Both the position numbers and the translations under genes were made by a program. DNA of 64,000 nt from a virus. Shown here one piece after another: positions 56,294 to 64,000 of the stretch. The stretch lies in IMG/VR virus record IMGVR_UViG_3300021962_000056, positions 28,532-92,531 of that record; one strand, 5' to 3'. Under the pieces are notes generated by a model. That model searched no databases and was not told where the DNA came from. It saw only the letters and a program-made list of their open reading frames with translations. Each line of letters begins with the position of its first letter. The stretch's first letter is position 1.

Positions 56294-56372
56294 GGATTGG
56301 TTTTCTTGGATTCGGGAATCGGGATTGATTCGCCGCCGGAGGCTACGCTTTCGCGTAGCGTCTCGCGGGGAA

Positions 56373-56888
56373 TCAGGCCAACAGTTCCGAAGCGTACCCG
56401 TTGAAGTAGCGTCCGCGCGCAACGGCCAGCAATTCGGAAAAGCTGCCGAATTCAAACTGGCTCCAGTGGCGGCGCAGATAGGCGATACGCTCGCGGGTAT
56501 TAAAGCATTTCGCCCAGACTCTTTGCGCTTCCTCTTCCTCGCGCGCGCTCCAATCTTCCTCGTTTAAGACAGGGTAACGTTCCAGTCTCGCGGCCAGATT
56601 ATCTGCGACACGCAAGGCCGATTCGTTGCTTTCGTGAATCGCCACCCATTCGACCCATCCGCAAAGGAAGTGCCTTTCGCGTACAATCTGCGGGGAAGAT
56701 TCGTCGGCATTCGGAACGTCGGCCAAATGCGCGCGCAAGGCTTCCCATTGCTGGTCAAAATTGGATTCCGTGAGAATGTCGGAATCGCGATTGCGCGAGA
56801 CGGGCGCGACAAAATAGCCTTCCCATTGCGCGCCGACGTAGTGGCGGGGGAGAGTCCAACGGTGGATGTTTTCTGGAGTGTATGTCAT
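56373..56888 (-). CDS. Conserved phage early protein
   Basis: RDSDIL.ESNF, H..CGWVE, L..YPVLNEEDWS..E.E. Confidence 0.75.
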   Translation of the reverse strand: MTYTPENIHRWTLPRHYVGAQWEGYFVAPVSRNRDSDILTESNFDQQWEALRAHLADVPNADESSPQIVRERHFLCGWVEWVAIHESNESALRVADNLAARLERYPVLNEEDWSAREEEEAQRVWAKCFNTRERIAYLRRHWSQFEFGSFSELLAVARGRYFNGYASELLA

Positions 56889-56958
56889 GGGATTTAATTG
56901 ATTCGGGCTTGATTGCCCGCCGGATTCTCAGACTTGCGCCGGAGAATCTCGCGGGGAA

Positions 56959-57297
56959 TCAGAACTTTTCGATTCGATGAAGCGCGCTTTCAATGTCGCG
57001 CTTTAAACTCTGGCGGATTGAATCGGCAAAACGACATGCCGTCTCGCGAGTCTTTTCGGCGTCCGATTTTGCGCGCGCTTCAATTTCTTGGGCTTCGATT
57101 TTGGATTGCGCGACGATTTTGTCGGCATGGATGCGCGCCTCATGGATTGAGAACGCGTAGGCTTCCGGCGGATAATCGCTGGCAAGCGCGCTTTCGATGG
57201 ATGGCAGTTGGTCGAAAAGCCAAGAGCCGCAGTAAGAGTCTTTGCCTAGCTTGGCAATGGCGTCGCGGAGGATTTGGATTTCTTCGGATTTTGTCAT
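56959..57297 (-). CDS. Hypothetical coiled-coil early protein
   Basis: AAAATCCC-ATG leader; LGKDSYCGSW. Confidence 0.65.
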   Translation of the reverse strand: MTKSEEIQILRDAIAKLGKDSYCGSWLFDQLPSIESALASDYPPEAYAFSIHEARIHADKIVAQSKIEAQEIEARAKSDAEKTRETACRFADSIRQSLKRDIESALHRIEKF

Positions 57298-57369
57298 GGG
57301 ATTTTGGGATTGATTGGATTTTGACTGCTGAATTCTGCCCACCGTCGCCGATGGGCAGCGATTCGGCAT

Positions 57370-57735
57370 TCAAGCCAATTCAGCGTAAGAATAGGACTTT
57401 AGATCGTTGCGGATTGAATCGGAAGTCCCCGCTTCGAAGGCTTCCCAAAGCGATTCGGAATCCTCGCTTTCGTTGAATTCATGGGCGATGAATTCGAAGG
57501 GGGAATATTCGCGGGAATTGGATTCGGCGGCGAAGCAAAGCAATTCGTGATATTCAGCGATATTTTCCGGCGTGACGATTTCCAAGCCAACCCAATCAAT
57601 GCATCGATTCATCCGCTCTCCAATTTTTGGGACATTATGGCATGCGATGCCGTGGCCGTGATTCCAGCCTAGGCGATAGGCACGTTCCAAGTCGGCGGAT
57701 TGGTAGGCGGCGGGGATTGATTGCGGATAATTCAT
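57370..57735 (-). CDS. Hypothetical early protein
   Basis: AAAATCCC-ATG leader; SREYSPFEF.A.EFN...LWEAFE.G. Confidence 0.7.
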   Translation of the reverse strand: MNYPQSIPAAYQSADLERAYRLGWNHGHGIACHNVPKIGERMNRCIDWVGLEIVTPENIAEYHELLCFAAESNSREYSPFEFIAHEFNESEDSESLWEAFEAGTSDSIRNDLKSYSYAELA

Positions 57736-57753
57736 GGGATTTTGGATTGAGGT

Positions 57754-57858
57754 TTAGAATTGAGAACGGAAGAAAACGAAGAAAAAGGCGTAGCCCAAGG
57801 CAACGTAGGCAATGGCAATGGCAAGGAAGGAGAGGAGTTTTTGAAGCGCGGATTTCAT
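57754..57858 (-). CDS. 34-aa single-TM peptide, first early gene of B (not in ORF track)
   Basis: MKSALQKLLSFLAIAIAYVALGYAFFFVFFRSQF directly after the promoter. Confidence 0.55.
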   Translation of the reverse strand: MKSALQKLLSFLAIAIAYVALGYAFFFVFFRSQF

Positions 57859-57868
57859 TGGTGAGGAC

Positions 57869-57897
57869 AGACTAGGGTGGAGGGTGGAAAGAGTCAA
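57869..57897 (-). promoter_or_regulatory. Early promoter of B
   Basis: TTGACT-N17-TAGTCT-N10-ATG, with a T-rich upstream element. Confidence 0.65.
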
Positions 57898-58033
57898 AGA
57901 AAAAGTTTGAAAAAGTTTTGATTGAATGGAAAACGAGGGAAAACCTTAGGAAAACGAGGGAATTTCGCGCTTGTCGTCAGCCTGTCGTCAGCGCGCTTGT
58001 CGGGCCGTCGGGCCGTCTGTACGTTCCCGACAG

Positions 58034-58495
58034 ATGAAATTGACGGATGACCAGTGGAAAACGGCGCGCGGCCTGTACCTTGCCGGAAGCGACTGGGGAA
58101 CGATTGCAGACAAACTAGGTGCAAAGAAAGCGACGTTGCAAAAACGAGCAGAAAGGGAAGGGTTGACGAAGTTAAGGCGGGAGGCGAAATCGATTTCTCT
58201 TTCAGAAATTTCTGTAAAGACAGAAAAGAGTCTTGAAGCGTTGTCTGCAATCGTTCGAAGCAAACTAGCGGCCGACGCTGCCTCTACGCTTGAAAGGATC
58301 GAAGGTTATGACTTGGAAGGATTGAAGGATGAAGCGACTAGGGAAACGATCCTTGCAAGTGTCGCGAAACGTAGCGCGCTGACATTCGGTTGGAGCGAAA
58401 CGGGAGAGCAAGCCAGCGTTTCAATCAATTTACTCGGATCGATGCCGGATCGAAGTCCGGTTGAAGTCGTCGTGAGTGAAGCCGAAACGAAGTAA
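58034..58495 (+). CDS. Terminase small subunit-like HTH protein (phage B)
   Basis: WKTARGLYLAG.....IADKLG....TLQKRA.REG N-terminal HTH; helical body. Confidence 0.65.
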   Translation: MKLTDDQWKTARGLYLAGSDWGTIADKLGAKKATLQKRAEREGLTKLRREAKSISLSEISVKTEKSLEALSAIVRSKLAADAASTLERIEGYDLEGLKDEATRETILASVAKRSALTFGWSETGEQASVSINLLGSMPDRSPVEVVVSEAETK

Positions 58496-58672
58496 ACATA
58501 ACACATCTTGTACATCATTCGTTAACTTATGGGTGAGATTAGATTAGCTAATGGACGGAAAAGGATTGTTTTCCTATGGGATAAGTAGAGATTGGCGACG
58601 ACTGGGGCGGCCCCCTTCGGGGGTGGGCTTCGTTTACGATACCCCCCTCAAAAATTTTCCACCTTTTTGACC

Positions 58673-59224
58673 ATGCTAAACAAAATCAAAATAGGTCAAA
58701 AAGTATTTCTATCCACAGCAGAGCAGAAGCTGGCCCATTTCGTCGCTAAGAATCGAAACGGCAGTAATCGCCATTTCAATGTCACGAATCTGAAGATCAG
58801 CGCGGAAGATCCGCATACGGTCGATCTTGAGGGTATTGCTGGCGAGCTTGCTTTCTGTCGCCTGTTCAATGTGTATCCTGACATTGATACCGACCGTGAG
58901 CCTCCGCATCCGCTCTACGACGCGGTTATCCCGCCTCCGCCGGGATTCCGCATCGATGTCAAAACGACCAAGTACGACAATGGAAAGCTACTGGTCGATG
59001 CGCGTAAGGGCGTGAAGACCGAGGCTGTTGATTACTACGTTCTGATGACCGGAACTTTCCCCGGCCCATACACATTCAGAGGATTCATCGCTCGCGAGCA
59101 TATCATCCAGCCTCACAAACTTGGCCTACTCAAGGGTTACAGCTCGTACATGGCGGAGCAGTCGGAGCTGACCGACGAGATAATTGCCAATCCTTCGGAT
59201 TGCCAATCGACCGATTTATTCTGA
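58673..59224 (+). CDS. Putative PD-(D/E)XK-like nuclease
   Basis: GIAGELAF, YD, IDVKTT, DYYVL. Confidence 0.55.
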   Translation: MLNKIKIGQKVFLSTAEQKLAHFVAKNRNGSNRHFNVTNLKISAEDPHTVDLEGIAGELAFCRLFNVYPDIDTDREPPHPLYDAVIPPPPGFRIDVKTTKYDNGKLLVDARKGVKTEAVDYYVLMTGTFPGPYTFRGFIAREHIIQPHKLGLLKGYSSYMAEQSELTDEIIANPSDCQSTDLF

Positions 59225-59254
59225 TTGACTTATTAGCCATTCTTATGCGTCAGT

Positions 59255-59415
59255 CCGCGCATCGACCTTAAGAGTTGCATTCAACTGGTCATTGAATGCG
59301 CCTGTCTAAGCGGCAATGACGCTCCGCAAATGGAAGGTCGGCCAATCAGCCGTCGTGTGATGGATAGGATGGCCTACCGTAATGCAGATAACGTCGGTTT
59401 AACATATTTCCTAAC
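59255..59415 (+). ncRNA. Structured leader of capsid gene B (candidate cis-regulatory RNA)
   Basis: Three-way junction closed by CGACCTT/AAGGTCG (59263-59340). Confidence 0.4.
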
Positions 59416-60666
59416 ATGGCTTGTCCTAATGTCTTTAACGCCTTCGCGGTGGCTACTGAGTCGCTCGCGCAGGACGTCTACAAACGCGCCTCGTATCGCT
59501 CGATGTGGCTCAACATGATTGAGCGCGGCGAGTATCCTCAGGGTACGGGTCTGACCCAGACCTCGTTCACCACGACCTCCATCGAGCCGACTGCGGCTGA
59601 GGAGTGGTCGGCTATCACCCTCGCCTCCGGCAACCCCGGCAGCAATGGTGGTGCTTGCGATGTCACCTACAATGACGTTCCGGTCGGCTATGATGCCGTC
59701 ACCTGGAGTCCTGAGCGTTTCGCCCTCAAGGGTCCGCTCCTCTGTAAGGATGACCTGACCTTCGACCATCGCGTCGAGGCGTTCCTGCGCGTGTATTTGG
59801 AGAAGCTCTCCATCCGCGCGCAGCGTTCTTGGGAGACTCGCTACCAGAACATCTTCGCCAAGTACGCCATCAAGGCCGTGGCCGACTCGTCCTTCACTCA
59901 GGTGGAGACGATTCCCGCTGGTGTGAATGAGCTGCCTTGGATTCAGACTGGTTCGGTTGGTCAGGCTTTGAACCAGTCCACCTCGGAGCTGACTCAGGAA
60001 ATGCTCGATGTGGCTGCTGCCACCCTGATCCGCAATGGTGCCACCAACCCCGACAGCTCTGGCTTCATCAGCTATTCGAGCGACGGCCCGGTGTTCCCGC
60101 TGTACATTGGTCTGGAGGCCAGCCAGCGCATCGCTCAGAACAACCCTGGATTCCGCGACGATCTGCGCTACGCCGACATGGGCAGTGGCACTGGCGCGGA
60201 GCTGCTCAAGCGCATTGGTGCCAATCGGGTCATCAAGAACTTCCGGCATGTGCCGAATCTGTTCCCGCCCCGCTTCACCTATGCTGGCGGCAAGTACACG
60301 CTGGTTCAACCGTTCACCAGCTCCGCCGGTACCGGCAAAGGCACGGTGTTCAGCGTCAATCCGAGCTGGACGACCGCCCCGTACGAAGGTGCCTTCATCG
60401 TCACCCCGTATGTGTTCAAGAGCCACATTGTTCGCCCTGTGAACCGTGTTGGTGACTTGAGCTGGATGCCGACCAACTACATGGGCGAGTGGCAGTGGGT
60501 GACTGGTGCCTACAAGCTGAACACCGATTGCGCCGATCCTCTCGACAAGAAGGGTCAGCACTACGCCGAGTTCATTCACGCGCCGGAGCCGATCTTCACC
60601 AATCAAGGTATGACGATCATCTTCCGCCGCTGCACTGGCGCGCTGACTCAGATCATCTGCTCCTAA
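59416..60666 (+). CDS. Major capsid protein (phage B)
   Basis: 416 aa, strong codon bias, double terminator; shares CD..., (L/I)LC.D and Y.G.W...T...DC motifs with 31823-33442. Confidence 0.72.
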   Translation: MACPNVFNAFAVATESLAQDVYKRASYRSMWLNMIERGEYPQGTGLTQTSFTTTSIEPTAAEEWSAITLASGNPGSNGGACDVTYNDVPVGYDAVTWSPERFALKGPLLCKDDLTFDHRVEAFLRVYLEKLSIRAQRSWETRYQNIFAKYAIKAVADSSFTQVETIPAGVNELPWIQTGSVGQALNQSTSELTQEMLDVAAATLIRNGATNPDSSGFISYSSDGPVFPLYIGLEASQRIAQNNPGFRDDLRYADMGSGTGAELLKRIGANRVIKNFRHVPNLFPPRFTYAGGKYTLVQPFTSSAGTGKGTVFSVNPSWTTAPYEGAFIVTPYVFKSHIVRPVNRVGDLSWMPTNYMGEWQWVTGAYKLNTDCADPLDKKGQHYAEFIHAPEPIFTNQGMTIIFRRCTGALTQIICS

Positions 60667-60692
60667 TCGGATCAGCTAATCCTACGCTACGA

Positions 60693-60732
60693 AAGAATCC
60701 GCGAGTCGAAAGGCTTGCGGGTTTTTTCTTTT
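60693..60732 (+). terminator. Intrinsic terminator
   Basis: TCCGCGAGTC-GAAA-GGCTTGCGGG-TTTTTT. Confidence 0.8.
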
Positions 60733-60797
60733 CCACTACCGTCGCCCCGGTTGATTGACTCATAGGTTGTATGTCTGTAGCAGCCTCGTTGCGAGGT

Positions 60798-60835
60798 AGC
60801 CCCTTATCGGCCCGAAAGGCTGGTAGGGGGTTTTT
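60798..60835 (+). terminator. Second intrinsic terminator
   Basis: CCCCTTATCGGCC-CGAAA-GGCTGGTAGGGGG-TTTTT. Confidence 0.75.
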
Positions 60836-60884
60836 CGCGTCGCATTAGCCTTGACAGTATGCGCGACAATCTGATGCTTCCGTC

Positions 60885-61175
60885 ATGCCGAGTTTTACTC
60901 TCCCCGAAGGCGTTGAAATCCCCGAGAATCTGAAGGAAGGCGAGGCGTTCCAGACGATGGCGACTATCGTTCTCGGTAAGAACGGCAAAGCTGAGTTCAT
61001 CGAGATTGATGGCGTGGCCATTCCCGGCTACGAGAAGAAGTCGAAGGGCAAGAAGCTGGCCGAGCGTGGCTATGAGGAGGAGGGCGAGGGTGAGGAGATG
61101 GAATCTGAGGGTGGCGGCGCGCGCGAGGGTTTCATCGCCGAGGTGATGCGTCGCGGCTCCGGTCCGATGGCCTGA
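60885..61175 (+). CDS. Small acidic protein, homologue of 31449-31712
   Basis: FTLP...IEIDG; TTGACA at 60851-60856. Confidence 0.7.
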   Translation: MPSFTLPEGVEIPENLKEGEAFQTMATIVLGKNGKAEFIEIDGVAIPGYEKKSKGKKLAERGYEEEGEGEEMESEGGGAREGFIAEVMRRGSGPMA

Positions 61176-61190
61176 TAAATTCCAAAGCGT

Positions 61191-61637
61191 ATGTCCGACA
61201 TTACATGCACTGAAACAGCGACGTTGCTGAGTGAGGTAAGCCCACTTGGATGCCGCTCGCCGTGGGAGCGTGAGATGGCGAAGATTGCGCTTCTCAATCG
61301 CATCGCGGACGGAGCCGGTACCGCTGCGGCCAATGCGGCGTCATTTGGAACTGTTCGTTCGGTTACCGTATCGACGACAATCGTTTCGACCGATTACACC
61401 ATTCTGGCCGACGCAACATCCGGCCCGATCATTGTTTCGCTTCCACCCGCTGCGACGGCCAATGGGAGAATCTTTTGCGTGATTCGGACCAATTCTGGAG
61501 GCGCAAACAATGTCACCGTTGATCCGTACGCATCCGAAACGATCAATGGGGCTGCAAACCATGTTCTGACTTCGCAGTACAGCAGGATTGTATTCACCAG
61601 CAACGGAACCGCGTGGTTCCTCATTGTGAACCAATAA
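61191..61637 (+). CDS. Putative minor virion / fibre-like protein
   Basis: ADATSG.I.VSLP.A....GR, ETING and SNGT.W form a common virion module. Confidence 0.7.
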   Translation: MSDITCTETATLLSEVSPLGCRSPWEREMAKIALLNRIADGAGTAAANAASFGTVRSVTVSTTIVSTDYTILADATSGPIIVSLPPAATANGRIFCVIRTNSGGANNVTVDPYASETINGAANHVLTSQYSRIVFTSNGTAWFLIVNQ

Positions 61638-61638
61638 C

Positions 61639-61863
61639 ATGCCTGAAGCATCATCCATAACCTGCACGGAGGCTGCTCAACTTATTGCGGAGGTTTCCGC
61701 AAGCGGATGCCGTTCCCCGTGGGAGATGGATCTGCTTGAGCTTGCGCTTTTGAATCGCATATCGGATTCGACTGGAGGATCGGTTGGATTTCCGCTGACG
61801 GCTGATCTAACATCGATTACCGCCGATGTGACGACGATTACCGCTGATCAAACCCAATTTTAA
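61639..61863 (+). CDS. Small virion-associated protein, N-terminus paralogous to 61191-61637
   Basis: ITCTE...EVS..GCRSPWE...ALLNRI.D; TAD repeats. Confidence 0.7.
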   Translation: MPEASSITCTEAAQLIAEVSASGCRSPWEMDLLELALLNRISDSTGGSVGFPLTADLTSITADVTTITADQTQF

Positions 61864-61889
61864 TAATCGCTTAGGAAACATCTCATACT

Positions 61890-63527
61890 ATGGCACAGCA
61901 AACGATTAACGTAGGCGCAGCCCCGAATGACGGAACGGGAACACCGTTGCGTACGGCGTTCCAGTACACAAACAGCAACTTCAGCGAGCTGTACACCGCA
62001 ACCGGACCGAGCGGCAACAACATCACCGTACCGGGAACCGCCACCATCAGCGGCGACCTGACGGTGGATACCAGCACTCTGAAGGTGGTTTCTGCGAGCG
62101 ATGTCGTTGGAATCAATACCGCCTCTCCGCTTACCGGAACTGATGCCGGTTTGACGATTGGTGCGATTGGTACTGTAAAAGCCTTAAACATCGGCCTCCA
62201 GAACACGTTTGCTCGTTTGCGCGAAAAGGATGCCCTTGATGCGTTTGCAATAACGACAAACATGACCGCATTGAATACACAGGACGATGCTACCAAGTCA
62301 TCTTGGAAAGCTCGGATGGGATTCGGAAACGGGAATGACAATTTTATAATTTCCCGTTCCGGTGTTGGTAGCACGACGTTTTACGATCTGCTTTCTGTTT
62401 CTACTGGTTCGTGCGTCTGGTACGACGGCGCAGGCGGCACTCGGATGACGTTGAATGCCACCGGCTTGGGCGTGGGTGCGAGTCCTCTTTCTGCATCAAA
62501 GCTGACGTTGAACGGTGGCACTGGAGACACGTCATCTCAAGATTCGATCTTCTCGTTAATCAGAACATCTTCCAACGGAAATGTTCTTACTGGAAAGGTT
62601 GTTCTAGCTCAAAAAACGACCGACTTCGGAAACATTGTTTTCCGAATCAAAACGACCGCTTCGTCTGCGGAAAACCCTGCGTATTACACCAATGCTCTTA
62701 CAATAGACGGAGAAAATGGCAACGTCGGCATCGGGGTTACGCCGAGTGCGTGGGGAAATCAATATCGCGCTATTCAGATTTTCAACAACAGCGCACTCTA
62801 CGGAGCTAACTCTTACGGTTATTACGGACTGTTGTTCAATGGATACAATGACAACACCAATATCAAAGCGATAGCTTCTTTGTATGTTGGAGAGTATCGT
62901 TATGAGTTGTCCACCGGAGCGCACAAGTGGTTTGGAACCACTGCAAATGCGACGGCTGGAGCTACTGCTACACCAACGCAAGCGATGACGCTCGATGCGA
63001 GTGGGCGGTTGTTGGTTGGAACTGCAAATGCTTCAGTCACTTCTGAAACTGGATGTCGCTTGCTGCTTAATAACGGCGCAACTGGTCATTTCACTCTTGC
63101 TGTAACAACCAATCAAAGCACTGCCGCAACTTCGTGTTATGACTTTTATTCAACGTCTGCGGCAGCATATCGTTTTTACGTTACGTCAGCCGGTGTAATC
63201 AACGCCACAAACACGACCATCTCAGCCATCTCCGATGCTCGGTTGAAGGAGAACGTGCAGGATATCGACGTTGGACTCGGTGCGATTCTCGCGCTGAAAC
63301 CGCGCAAGTTCGACTGGAAAGCTGGTAAGGGTAAGGATATCAAAGGCGACAGAGGCTTCATCGCTCAGGAGTTTGAGCAGGTGTTTCCTAACCTCATCGA
63401 CGAGTGGAAAGACCCCGCTCCCGAAGGCGAAGCTCCTTACAAGTCCGTTCGCCAAGACCTCATTCCTGTGCTTGTGAAAGCCATTCAGGAACTCGCCGCC
63501 GAAGTCAACGCTCTGAAAAACGCCTAA
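61890..63527 (+). CDS. Fibre protein with C-terminal S74 chaperone (phage B)
   Basis: N-terminal INVG..PNDGTG.PLR.AF...N.NF.ELY; SDARLKEN, GFIAQE. Confidence 0.9.
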   Translation: MAQQTINVGAAPNDGTGTPLRTAFQYTNSNFSELYTATGPSGNNITVPGTATISGDLTVDTSTLKVVSASDVVGINTASPLTGTDAGLTIGAIGTVKALNIGLQNTFARLREKDALDAFAITTNMTALNTQDDATKSSWKARMGFGNGNDNFIISRSGVGSTTFYDLLSVSTGSCVWYDGAGGTRMTLNATGLGVGASPLSASKLTLNGGTGDTSSQDSIFSLIRTSSNGNVLTGKVVLAQKTTDFGNIVFRIKTTASSAENPAYYTNALTIDGENGNVGIGVTPSAWGNQYRAIQIFNNSALYGANSYGYYGLLFNGYNDNTNIKAIASLYVGEYRYELSTGAHKWFGTTANATAGATATPTQAMTLDASGRLLVGTANASVTSETGCRLLLNNGATGHFTLAVTTNQSTAATSCYDFYSTSAAAYRFYVTSAGVINATNTTISAISDARLKENVQDIDVGLGAILALKPRKFDWKAGKGKDIKGDRGFIAQEFEQVFPNLIDEWKDPAPEGEAPYKSVRQDLIPVLVKAIQELAAEVNALKNA

Positions 63528-63528
63528 C

Positions 63529-63897
63529 ATGAACATCTCTTGGATCATCGAACGCCTTCTCGTTAAGCCGACCGAAGGCTCCTACACCGATGTCGTCATC
63601 ACCGCCGACTGGAGGTGCAACGGCTCGCAGGAATCGTACAGCGGAACCTGCTACGGTAGCTGCTCGTTCGCTCCGCCGACTGGCAGCTTCACTCCTTACA
63701 ATGAACTGACCGAGCAGCAGGTTCTCGACTGGTGCTACGCCAACGGAGTCGATCAAGCGGCCATCGAAGCGAACGTCACCGCGCAGATCGAAGCGCAGAT
63801 CAACCCTCCGGTTGTGGTGCTGCCGCTGCCGTGGGTGCCGCCCGCTCCGGTTGTTGTTGCCGAGCCTGAGGTTGTTGCCGATGCTCCGACCGTATGA
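63529..63897 (+). CDS. Fibre-associated protein (DUF7936-like)
   Basis: Close homologue of 28829-29254. Confidence 0.8.
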   Translation: MNISWIIERLLVKPTEGSYTDVVITADWRCNGSQESYSGTCYGSCSFAPPTGSFTPYNELTEQQVLDWCYANGVDQAAIEANVTAQIEAQINPPVVVLPLPWVPPAPVVVAEPEVVADAPTV

Positions 63898-64000
63898 TTC
63901 ACATCGAACTTACGCAGGAGCAGGCCAATAGCCTCCTCCAACTCATCGACATCGCAATCAAAGCCGGTGGCTACCAGAACGCCAAAGTCGGCGTTCCCAT
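63894..64000 (+). CDS. Partial homologue of 28621-28806 (runs off window)
   Basis: MIHIELTQEQANSLLQLIDIAIKAGGYQNAKVGVP. Confidence 0.7.
   Translation, partial: MIHIELTQEQANSLLQLIDIAIKAGGYQNAKVGVP

Noticed and set aside
59263-59340. Purine riboswitch
   Set aside because: Only the topology is similar; the conserved junction nucleotides are not evident.
61890-63527. Diversity-generating retroelement or invertase shufflon for the fibres
   Set aside because: No reverse transcriptase or site-specific recombinase in the window; differences are mostly synonymous rather than adenine-specific.
1-64000. tRNA/rRNA genes, DNA polymerase, alternative genetic code
   Set aside because: No cloverleaf or polymerase motifs recognised by eye; all three stop codons end genes normally. 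A tRNAscan-SE or Infernal run would be needed to exclude RNAs formally.

Overview
All of this window is tailed-phage DNA, about 60% GC by eye, with podovirus-like virion genes. It reads as one apparently complete 46.9-kb phage genome ('A', 1-46900) followed by about 17 kb of a related but clearly different phage ('B', ~46990-64000). The two are joined through a ~1-kb block that occurs at both 1-1040 and 46901-47940 (about 98% identical by hand count). Phage A carries a RecE/RecT-like recombination pair, a 2456-aa ejection/polyvalent protein, adaptor/nozzle/tailspike genes, TerL-SSB-portal-scaffold, holin/spanin-like genes, a chaperone-capped fibre, a major capsid protein, an SF2 helicase, VRR-NUC, a primase-helicase, a probable TerS, and an early operon (MoxR-type AAA+ and partner, lysozyme-like protein, HU/IHF). 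Phage B contributes ThyX, its own recombination module, an early operon, TerS, a homologous major capsid protein and a homologous fibre. Having two relatives side by side exposes patterns not explained by gene calls: (i) fibre genes built from variable modules between near-identical 21-27-nt DNA 'hinges'; (ii) an array of small genes with a shared KEAKP/RBS/GTGA junction and swapped internal segments; (iii) a dispersed palindrome TGCTAGCA confined to phage A; (iv) long structured leaders before both capsid genes; (v) conserved intergenic hairpins in the early operons; (vi) an HhH-GPD-like domain inside the ejection protein. Family names come from recalled motifs, not database searches. Many starts were moved downstream of those in the ORF track.
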